Assembly: GCA_002269645.1 (NCBI GenBank)
Contig: NIVC01000199.1
Coordinates: 124,001-188,000, forward strand
Direction: 5' to 3'
Length of the DNA: 64,000 nucleotides
Source of the DNA: Macrostomum lignano
Lineage: Eukaryota
Below, in pieces: positions 40,283 through 49,784 of this stretch. The notes beneath the pieces are model-generated. The model had not been told where the DNA came from, did no database searches, and saw only the letters and a program-made list of their open reading frames with translations. The position numbers and the translations under genes were made by a program. Position 1 is the stretch's first letter; each line of letters starts with the position of its first letter.

Positions 40283-40792
40283 GTTGTTGTTGTTGTTGTT
40301 ATTTCCGGCCGGTCAGTCCGGGGGGGGGCGGGTCTGAGCCCCGACCTCCTTCAAGAAGTCTATCACCTGCCTGCTGATGTTGCTGAGCGTCTGGAGGCTC
40401 GGGTTTTCGCCGAGGTGCCGGTCTCTGGCCTGTTGGTGAGAGCGGCAAACCTTGATCAGGTGCTCCAGGTCCTCATTGGCTTCGCCGCAGTGCGGGTACG
40501 TAGGGCTGTCGGCTTGGCCAATGCGGTGACGCTACTGCTGGAGCAAGGGGGAGTGACCAGTTCGGAGTTGGGCGTCATGTCTGGGGAGAGATCTCTTGAT
40601 TTTGGCGCCGTCCCCGGTGGTTAGGCGGTGAGTGATGCAGTGCGGGTCCGCTCGGTAGACGGCGGTGAATTGGGACTTGGCTGATCGGTCGATCGCCGCT
40701 TTGGCCGCGGCCAGGCTGATTTTTGCGTGAGTCTGGTCAAGAGCCGATCCAGCTTTGGCGGTGGCGTCCGCCAGGTCGTTGAGGCCGACTGA
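40283..40792 (-). mobile_element. 5'-truncated LINE (RNase H end + CCHC) with (AAC)6 tail
   Basis: VGLNDLADATAK..QLRTGHSPLLQQ*RHRIG..YPHCGEANEDLEHLIKVC; TSD TTAATTGCTTGTCT at 40269-40282 and 40827-40840. Confidence 0.85.
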
Positions 40793-40831
40793 GCCCGGTT
40801 AGCTCAGTCGGTAGAGCATGAGACTCTTAAT
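40793..40831 (+). pseudogene. tRNA-Lys(CTT) 5' fragment (39 nt)
   Basis: GCCCGGTTAGCTCAGTCGGTAGAGCATGAGACTCTTAAT matches the canonical metazoan tRNA-Lys(CTT) 5' half; no 3' half present. Confidence 0.88.
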
Positions 40832-43775
40832 TGCTTGTCTCGCCCGCCATGTCGGGGTATCTCGTCATCTTGATTTGCCTGACAATGCAACGGCGCGACT
40901 GCTGGCTCTGCTGCCTGACTGCAGAAAAGCTCTGCCTTGGCTGACATTGATGTCAACTCGCTTGGCCTGCAGTGCAGGTATCTGGAATGAAGGGTGATTT
41001 TTTAATTCTTATGTACGAGTATCACACAATCGTGTCCCCCTACGGACTCTAGCCATAGTCGTTCCATTTACGAGCCTTATCTTTTCACTCCCTTTACACG
41101 TAAATTGTTCCTGCATCTAGCCTAGGTTATCCAGCTTTGGTGTGTGGTTATTTTACAGGTACTTTGTTTAATTTATGTGGCGTTTCTTGTGGATTTCTCA
41201 GCCCTTACAGACTTTTGTGACCCTCGAATTATAGCATTCCAATCTCAGAGGTCAATTGTCAAAGAATAGTCCTGCGGACTATACTCATATTCGCGTCAAC
41301 TCAGTCACGGAAGTATCGCAGCGGTGAGATGGTATGGTATAGCGACAGTATTAAGCATTTAACCCTCTAGCAAGCTTTTCTAATTAAGTGGTTTTTAGAA
41401 TGATTGGATATTGAAGGCAAAAGAAGGCAATATGCGTATATAGCGATGAATTACTATAGAAACGATGAAAAAAGAAAATACACAATTGTTGAGCGAGATG
41501 CTCTTTAGCTACGAGTATATGGTCAATAAAAAGTTATAATTTCTGCGTGCAGGCGTACAACACAGAGACCAATAAATAATTAACAAGTGCAGGGCGGTCG
41601 ACAAGTTGCAATCAATGGCCACTATAGAAGTCCTTTGTAGTCTATAGAAGTTCTAGTGGTCCTTGGTTGCAATTTACGTTACATGTACAAATATGTTAAG
41701 CTAACTGATCGGTACTGTCTTGTTATCGCAAGACCTTTAGACAAAGACGGTAACGGAGAAGTAACAAAGACAGCTTAAATGAACACGCTTAGTTCGCCCA
41801 GAGGCTGCATGAGTATCTATACAAATTTCGTTAAATTTTTCACCTTGGCTAACCTAAATCCTGTCTGCCCAGCATTCTAAAGACGGTATCAACTCACACA
41901 ACTCAGCCAGGAACACAGCTACCCTCCCCCTGAGCTTGACGAACTCAGCAGCGGAGCAGCCGAAGCTCCTCGTTGCACCCCAGTTTGTTCAAATCTCCCT
42001 AGACTCTCGGAAATTCCGGCACCGATTTAAACTCACATCAACATGGAACTCATTTGACATCATGGCAATATATACAACTAGTATAGTACGCCTGGTAGCA
42101 TTTGATGTTGAGGTAGGTAGGCAAAGACAGGTACGTCGTGCTTGATCACCACTAGCTAGCTAACAGCACTCGACTCACCCTTCGGCACCCAGCCAGAGCC
42201 AAGACCAAAATAAGCCCCCGTCTTAAAAAAGTAATTCATCTAACTTTGGTAATTGGTAATCTAAATGTTGGCCTACTACGGGTGCGGGGTGCCTACCTGT
42301 CTTTGCGGGGGGGGACTTTGCCTACCTACCTCAACTCAACCTCAATCGCATCGCTCAATGCTACCAGTGGAACCAGCTGTACTGTACTAGTTGTATTCAT
42401 AGCATAGCTAAATTATTTATTACTACGTTAGGCCTAATTCAAACTTTAGTTATTTTTAACATCTTTCGATCCAATGCTTGTGTTCAGTATTTGTAGTGTT
42501 GTGTGTGGAATGAAATGTCATTATCGCCTTATCGGGTTTTTTTATCCAATTTCAATTATGTTTAGGCCTAGCCATAATTTTTAGGGCCTAGGGCCTAGTC
42601 TAAGTTTTAACTTAAAAATAAAATAGACCATACATAAATTAATGAATTAAGTTATTGTAGCCCAGCTCACAGCGAAATAAGTCCTAGTCCATGACATTTA
42701 ATAGGCTAGCTTTTCCAAAAAGCTGCTTAGGATATATTCTAAAAATAGGCTATAGTTTTTGTCTGTCTTTCAATCTAAAAATAGATAGAGTTTAGCATAG
42801 GTTAAAAATAGGTCTATGAACTATGGTGTAGCCTAAACCTAATTGAATGATTATTATATTGTCATTGTACTTTTACTTGTATTGGAAGGGTCTTACTTAA
42901 GCAGGCTAGGCCTGTAACAATGACAGGCTATGTTAAGGCCTAGGTAAAGCCTATAGGCCCTAGGCCTAGAGCAAGATAGGAGCAGGGGGTCAGCAAACTT
43001 AGGCCCATAGGCTAGGGCCTACATGTAGCCTGCAAATTCTTTCTAGGGCCCATTCAGCCCTTGGGTCTTTAAAACTTTACAATAGCAATCTGGTAGTTGT
43101 GGTAGATTTTGGTCTAGTTAAGGTTTGTATCTTATTTAGTTATTATTTTCTCTTGTCTTTTTTATCTTTTCTTTTGTTTTTTTTTTCTTTCCTTTCCTCT
43201 CTTCTTTTCTTTCTTTTTTTCAATTTCTTTTTCCTTTTTCCTTTCCTTTCTTCTCACCTTTCCTTCTTCTCTTCTTTTTCTTTCTTTTTTCTTTTTATTT
43301 CTTTTCTTCTTTTTTATTCCATTTCTATTTTTCTTCTTTATTCCCTTTTTTCTTCCCCTCTAGCTTGTAGTCATGTGCTAGGTTCTTTATTTGACCCTTT
43401 AGGTAAAAAGTTTGTCAACCCCTACCTTAGTGGCTTAGAAGCTATAATTTACTATTTGAAATTTCCAAAAATTAGAAATTAGGCCTAGGATTAGCCTTAG
43501 CTACTAGGGATAAAGATTTTGCTAACTCTAAAGTCTAATTCTAGCTAGATATCAAAAGAATCAAAAATTTAAATTTTAGGACTGAAACCAGTATAATTAG
43601 TACAAGGATAAATTTAAAGCAGGCTAGGTTTTAACACTTGCCATGGACTCTTCATTTTTAGTTCATTATTAGGCATTTTATCCAATCTAAGCTTAAAAAG
43701 CAAATTTTTACTTGAGACAAAGTGCAAAATTGCACCTTGTACCCAATTTTAAAGTGCAATTTTAAGATTCAAAGT

Positions 43776-44094
43776 CAGTGGCATAGCCAGGAATTTCAAT
43801 TGGGGGGGGGCAGATTGGCTTGGCTGGCCATGCCTTATGCCATTGCCACTTTTGGCACTGCAAGCTCTCATTTTGGTGCTGCAAGCACTCATTTTGGTGC
43901 TGCAGGCACTCATTTCGGCATTGTAAGCACTTTTTTGGCACCGTAGGCACTCATTTTAGTGTCACAGGCACTCCTTATAGCACCACAGGCACTTATTTTG
44001 GTGCCACAGGCACTCATTTTGGCATTGTAAGCACTCATTTTGGTGCCACAAGCATTCATTTTGGCATTGCATTGCCCCCCTGGCTATGCCATTG
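43776..44094. mobile_element. hAT-like MITE with an internal ~21-bp tandem repeat
   Basis: TIRs CAGTGGCATAGCCAGG / CCTGGCTATGCCATTG; near-perfect 8-bp TSD TTCAAAGT / CTCAAAGT; internal GGCACTCATTTTGGTGCTGCA repeats. Confidence 0.7.
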
Positions 44095-45001
44095 CTCAAA
44101 GTACTTTTTTCTTTTCTCTTAAAAATTTTCCCTTTTTCTTATTTTAAGATTGCAAATGAGCTTAAAAAGATAAAAAAGGTTATAAGACTATATATAGACT
44201 ACATTTTCCTTTCAATTTTAGAGTGCAATTCAAAAATTTAGGGTGCATATGCATATTGCATACAAAAAACATAGGAGAGGGGCAAGGAGATGGTTGCCTC
44301 CCCTAGCCCCCTCTATAGCTAGCAATGATAATGCATGCCCCTTTTCTTTTAGGCTAAAAGGGTCATTATAGCCCTTAGTTAACTCAGTACAGTGCCCCTA
44401 GGCCTGCCCTTACTTATTCTTATAGTTAATATCTACCTACTTATTTTATATTTATATATCTACTTTTAATAATTGGGTTAGGCCCTATTAATTTTTCTTA
44501 AGATCACATAGTTTTTTGATTATAGAATTAGGCCTAAGATAGGCCCAAGGGTCACAATTTCTAGGATCTAAAAATGCTAAAATCCTGGACCTATGATTCA
44601 ATTTTTTAAGATAGGCCTAATTTTGGCATCAGGCCAATCTTTAAAATCTTGTCCTTGGGATATCCAAGATTTATTCCTAGATTTTAGAAAATTTTAAACA
44701 AATAAAGATCTTAGGATTGTTAAATACCAAGATTTTGGCATCTAGATCTTTAGTTAATATCATAGTATACATCCTTCAAAATACATTTTAAGACCAAAAA
44801 ACTTTCTGTCTTGATGCCTTGATTCCCTAAAACTGAAACTCAGAATCCTTGATGCCTTTAAATAATCTTAATTTCTATCTCAAGGTCAAATTTAGTGTTT
44901 TAGTCATTTTTATCTAGATCCACATTGTAGTATTAGCCAACAAACAAATGGGAAATATGTCTTGGCTCTAGCATATTAGTCAAAACTTTGCTATTCAATA
45001 T

Positions 45002-46001
45002 TGAAGTACACGCTGTTTGCTTCCCGGATTAGGCCCTTGCGGATTACCTTCAGACTCGGGCCTCTTCAGTGGGAAGTTCTCTCAACTTTCTCAGTAGCGT
45101 AGGTAGTGCTGCCACCAGTTCCTTCAGGTCTCGGCCTTCGATGAGGTGAGCTTCCCGTCGGAACGAAATAAACAAGTCAACGAACTCAGCACAGCGTGCA
45201 GATTTTCAGATTAATGAACAAGGCGTCCTGATCAGCAGATCCCCGCCGGGCTCAGGGGTGACTGGGAAGGCAGTGTTAGCCTCCCTTAGGCTTGGGCTTT
45301 AGTGGGGTCTCAGTCAGACCAGTACAAACGGATTCAGTACGCAAAGGGCACTTAGTTAGACACTGACGCACACGGGTTCTTAGTGAATTCTCCGCAGATA
45401 AGAAGCCAAAACAATTCCTTGACGGAAACAAGGGGAGAGGGGTCCTATTTATAGCCGGGAAACACCCACGCACAAGACCTCGTGACTTGTTCTATTTTTA
45501 GAACTGACGTCACTTGAGATCTCGAGGCAGGGTCTCAGTGCGCGCAAGACCTCGTGACTCGTTCTATTTTTAGAACTGACGTCACTTGAGGTCTCCGGCC
45601 AGGGTACACGCGGCTGTGACTCAGTTGCTATTTTTAGCAACATGAGTCACTCCTCTCCTTAGAGAAGGGAGGGGTCCGAAAGCACGTGATTCTCCCGGTA
45701 AACAGGGCCAACGAGTGCAGTAAACATGTTTACTGCACTTTAGGACTCGAAGAACGCAGAGTCTGTCATGTGACTTGCTCACATGACAGAGGAAAACGGG
45801 ACGGGAACGCAACAGAGACAGCCCACAGCAGAGAAGCTGAGGGCTGAGAACAGAGACGCAGAAGGGCAGAACAGGCCAAGGGCAGCAACAGACGGGCCAA
45901 GGGGGTGGGAAGCTGACCAGCGGCAGACAGCAACCCAGGGCGAGGGCGAGGAAGACTGCTGACAAAGTGGGACGCCTAACATCAACTAGCGGATCACTAC
46001 A
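45002..46001 (-). repeat. 3' LTR
   Basis: Near-identical to 52926-53925 (offset 7924). Confidence 0.95.
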
Positions 46002-46532
46002 CTCTCCCCGTTCAAATGAAGAGGCGGAGTGAAAGCGAAGCGCGCTTTATTTAATAAACAAAATAGTGATTTTACTAAATAAAATTATTACAAATGCCTG
46101 GCAAAAGGATGGCAGTGTCACAAGGCATGCAAATTATTACACGGCTGGGCCAAGGTCAGGATTGTGACCCAAAATGGCGAAGCACCAATAGCACCGGTGG
46201 GTTGCCCACGCCAAGGCAGAGCCCTAGAAAATCATAAAATCGGAGGGGCTGGCAAGTCCCTCGGGCGTACGCAGAATCAGGACCTCAGTCCAACAGCGGT
46301 TTGGGGGCGCCGGCCCGGAAAATGGGCGCCTAAATATACGGGATACCATAGACAGCTGGCAGAGCCCGTCACTGGGGAGAAGGGGGATGCAGAACTGCAT
46401 CAGAGCAACAGCTCACGGGAAGATAAAAGAGTACGCATTGCGGGGGCGCTGGCCCGCTATTGAGGGGCCACATAAAGTAGAGCAGGGAAAAATCAGAGGG
46501 TGCCTGTCAGCACCAAGTCCACAGAGTCAGAG

Positions 46533-49500
46533 TTAATCGCTGCGTTGGATTGATCGGTGCACGCAGATGCAGGCAGTGCGACTAACATAGGTTTTGGCCC
46601 TAGGATTAACAATTAGCCTCTCAGGCTGTCTACGATTCCTAGCCGGCCTACCGGCATCTACAATTCCTACTGACGCTTCCACCGGAGTGGTGCATAGCGA
46701 CGGCCCAGGGGTCTGGACCACAGATAAAGCAGCACTGGGGGCGGGAGCAGAAACGGGCGGAAAAGAAACGGCAGGCATAGACGCATCAAGAACAGGCTCA
46801 TGCAAATGACATTCACCATACGGCACTGGCTCACGCCGAAGTGCACTTGCCTGGTTCGCTGGTGTCGTGACCGGTCCACCTCCTGGCTGTACCTCCGGGA
46901 TCGCCAAAGGCCGGAAGTGCCATCGGAAGGCCGGCCTTGCGTCGTAGCCGTCATCATCATCATCGTCGGGGTCGTCCTGGTCCTCCTCGGGAATTGGCGT
47001 CAGGGTCGCGGGTCCTGCGCCGTCGGGGACGTCGGGCGGCCGCCGGCGTTTCTTCGGCTTGTCGACTTCAGGATCCGATGTCCTCGTGTAGTCAGCGTCA
47101 GGCACGAGCAGAAGGTTCCGGCGATGGACGACTAATTCGTGTCGTCTAGCTCTCGGGTTGGGCAGTCTCCGTCGAATCTTGTAGACAACCTCGCCCTTAG
47201 GCTCGACGACTTCATACAGTGCTTTGCGCGGTCGGTGAAACTTCGCCGCCTCGTCCGGTTCAAGCACCGGATTGTTGAGGAAGACCAGATCACCGGGTTG
47301 AAGCTTCTTGGCGGCGGGCAGGTTCGAATAGTGCTCGTCTCGCAGTTGCTGGTGCAGATGCAGGCGCTCCTTGGCTAGCTCAGTCGCCTCGTCCAGGCGA
47401 CGTTGGAAGTCCTTGACGTAGTCGGGCAGGTCGGCGTACTCGGGCAGCTTCTTCAGCGCGTTGTCGATCGGGAGTCGGAAATCACGGCCGAACACCAGGT
47501 AGTGAGGCGTGAAGCCGGTCACCGGGTGCACGCTGGAGCGGAGAGCCATCAGACAGGCCGGGAGGAAGGTGTCCCAGTCGTTGTGGTTGCGCTCGAGCAG
47601 ACAGGTGAGGACACTCTTCAGCTGTTTGTTGAGGTTCTCGACTTGTCCGTTGGAAGCTGGATTGTACGGTGTTGTTGTCGTATGCCGAATGCCAAACAGG
47701 TCGCAGAACTTCTTGAAGGCCGAGCCGGTGAAGTTGGTGCCTTGGTCGGTGTGGATCCAGCATGGTACACCGAACTCAGGGATGAAGCGCTCCTGCAGAA
47801 GCTTGATGACTGTTTTGGCTTTCTGGTTTCTCATCGGGTAGGCGAATGGATACTTCGACGTCGCATCGCACAAGGTCAGGATGTAGCGGTTGCCGCTCTT
47901 GCTCTTCTGCGCGATTGGTCCTACTACATCACAGTGGATTCTACCCAGAACTTCGCAGACTGGGAAGCTCTGGACCGGAACTCTCTCTCGCCGTCGCGAT
48001 TTACTTTCAAGGCAGGTGCGGCACTTACTGATGAAGGTCTTGGTAGCACGGGCTAATCCGGGTCTCCAGAACCGTTCTCGTAGCCGCAGTAACGTCTTCG
48101 TCTCGCCAAGGTGTCCACACAGTGGCGAACTGTGGAGCTCCTGGAGCACCTGGGCGTCAAGGGCCTCAGGCAGAACAACCTTTGGCGGCTGCTGGCCATC
48201 GGACAGGTCAATCAGCAGCAGGCCGTTGTCCTCCTGCAGGTTTTCGTAGTATCCGAGCAGGTTCCGCTGCTCCTTCGTCAGGCGCAACCGGGCGTCGAAC
48301 TCAGGCTTCGGGGCTTCGTCCTTGACCAGGTTGAGCACGTAGCTGATGGCTCGGTCAGCGCGCTGGGCTTCAACGAACTGTTGGCGAGTCATCGGCAGCT
48401 TCAGAAAATCAGTGAGCACAGCGCGGCATGGCTGAGGGGTCCGGATTCCCGCAGTCTCCGCTTTAATGGCTCCAGGTCGATCACACGGCACCGTCTTGTC
48501 GGCGTCAGGATTAGGTCGCTCCGAGGGACTTTGTCTCACGACGTCGGCGTACGTCCGTTGATCTCGAATCGAAGTTCTCTTCATCGCTCTCATGACAGAA
48601 GATTCCGCAGATGGAGCAGCGCGCATGCCTCCACTGCATAGCACAGGCGACTCTTGGCTGTAGGGCGGGACGCAACACGTGAAGCACGCCTCGTCGCAGG
48701 CAGCCGTAGCCGTCGGCTCAGTCGTCGTCAAAATTGGGTGAGTCTTCTCCAGCACTGGGCGGTGTCGCAAAGGGGGACTCGACTTTCCGCACAGGCGATG
48801 AGCAGCTGTCTGTCGGCCCGGGGGACAGAGCTTCGACCTTGCAGCTGGCGCGAGATTCTGGCCCCTGTCAACATGGCGAGAGATCTCAGCGAAAGGCTCA
48901 GGAGGGTTGTACTTAAGTTGCTGTCCTGGAGTTGCGTTGCGGGCCGTCATCAGAAGGGCTGCCGGCGCGGTGGCCTTTGAATCTTGGTCCGTGGGCGTCT
49001 CCAGATTCCGAGACCTGAGGTCTTGGGCGTTGTCAAGGAGGTCTGTGTTCACAGTGGCCTCAAGGTCTTCGTCCAGGTTGGTCTCCAAGTTGCGGTAGGC
49101 GGCATGGGCATCGCGGCAGAGGGCTGTTGTCGCAGTGGCCTCTGAGTTGTCGTCCAGGCCGGTCTCCAGGCGTTGACTGCAGCGGTGGGCGTCGTGCTGG
49201 AAGGCTGCTGGCGCAGTGGCTTCCAGGTCTTCGTCCAGGTCAGTCTTGGCCTCCAAGCAGCGAGAGTGGACTGTCTTCTGGAGGGCTGCTCTGGCAGTGG
49301 CCTCGGGTGTCGGGTCCAAATCCGGTTCCAGGTCGTGGTCGTCACCGGGTCGGGCGGTAGAACCAGGTTGCTCTAGCAGTCGGCCATGCTCGAAGAAGAT
49401 CGGCGGGCCCTCCGGTCTTCTTGACAGGGCATCAGCGTTGGCGTGGTCCTTGCCTTTGCGGTGGTTGAGCTGGAAGCGGAACTCGCTTAGGCGCTCGATC

Positions 49501-49784
49501 CAGCGGCCTAAAATACCTGTGGCCTGAGTTTGGTTCAGTAACCACAGTAAGGCCCGATGATCGGATCGAACTTCAAACTTCTTGCCGATTAAGTAATGAC
49601 GGAAATGTCGCATAGCGTCCACAATTGCAAGCAGCTCTTTCTTCGTGACCGTGTAGCGCTTCTCAGGATCGCGAAGTTTACGGCTAAAGAATGCAATTGG
49701 ACGTTCGACGCCGTCGGATTGCAGTTGTCCAAGACAAGCGCCTATTCGAATATCAGAGGCATCCGTGTCGAGGACAAACTTCAC
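46533..49784 (-). CDS. Gypsy pol C-terminal part: RNase H, long linker, integrase
   Basis: FVLDTDAS, ELLAI, SDHRAL, NADALSR (RH); HxxxxxGH..CxxC; DVVGP, HTDQG, VENLNK (DDE). Confidence 0.92.
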   Translation of the reverse strand: MKFVLDTDASDIRIGACLGQLQSDGVERPIAFFSRKLRDPEKRYTVTKKELLAIVDAMRHFRHYLIGKKFEVRSDHRALLWLLNQTQATGILGRWIERLSEFRFQLNHRKGKDHANADALSRRPEGPPIFFEHGRLLEQPGSTARPGDDHDLEPDLDPTPEATARAALQKTVHSRCLEAKTDLDEDLEATAPAAFQHDAHRCSQRLETGLDDNSEATATTALCRDAHAAYRNLETNLDEDLEATVNTDLLDNAQDLRSRNLETPTDQDSKATAPAALLMTARNATPGQQLKYNPPEPFAEISRHVDRGQNLAPAARSKLCPPGRQTAAHRLCGKSSPPLRHRPVLEKTHPILTTTEPTATAACDEACFTCCVPPYSQESPVLCSGGMRAAPSAESSVMRAMKRTSIRDQRTYADVVRQSPSERPNPDADKTVPCDRPGAIKAETAGIRTPQPCRAVLTDFLKLPMTRQQFVEAQRADRAISYVLNLVKDEAPKPEFDARLRLTKEQRNLLGYYENLQEDNGLLLIDLSDGQQPPKVVLPEALDAQVLQELHSSPLCGHLGETKTLLRLRERFWRPGLARATKTFISKCRTCLESKSRRRERVPVQSFPVCEVLGRIHCDVVGPIAQKSKSGNRYILTLCDATSKYPFAYPMRNQKAKTVIKLLQERFIPEFGVPCWIHTDQGTNFTGSAFKKFCDLFGIRHTTTTPYNPASNGQVENLNKQLKSVLTCLLERNHNDWDTFLPACLMALRSSVHPVTGFTPHYLVFGRDFRLPIDNALKKLPEYADLPDYVKDFQRRLDEATELAKERLHLHQQLRDEHYSNLPAAKKLQPGDLVFLNNPVLEPDEAAKFHRPRKALYEVVEPKGEVVYKIRRRLPNPRARRHELVVHRRNLLLVPDADYTRTSDPEVDKPKKRRRPPDVPDGAGPATLTPIPEEDQDDPDDDDDDGYDARPAFRWHFRPLAIPEVQPGGGPVTTPANQASALRREPVPYGECHLHEPVLDASMPAVSFPPVSAPAPSAALSVVQTPGPSLCTTPVEASVGIVDAGRPARNRRQPERLIVNPRAKTYVSRTACICVHRSIQRSD

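Noticed and set aside
40793-40831. Functional tRNA-Lys gene
   Set aside because: Lacks the T-arm, B-box and 3' acceptor strand.
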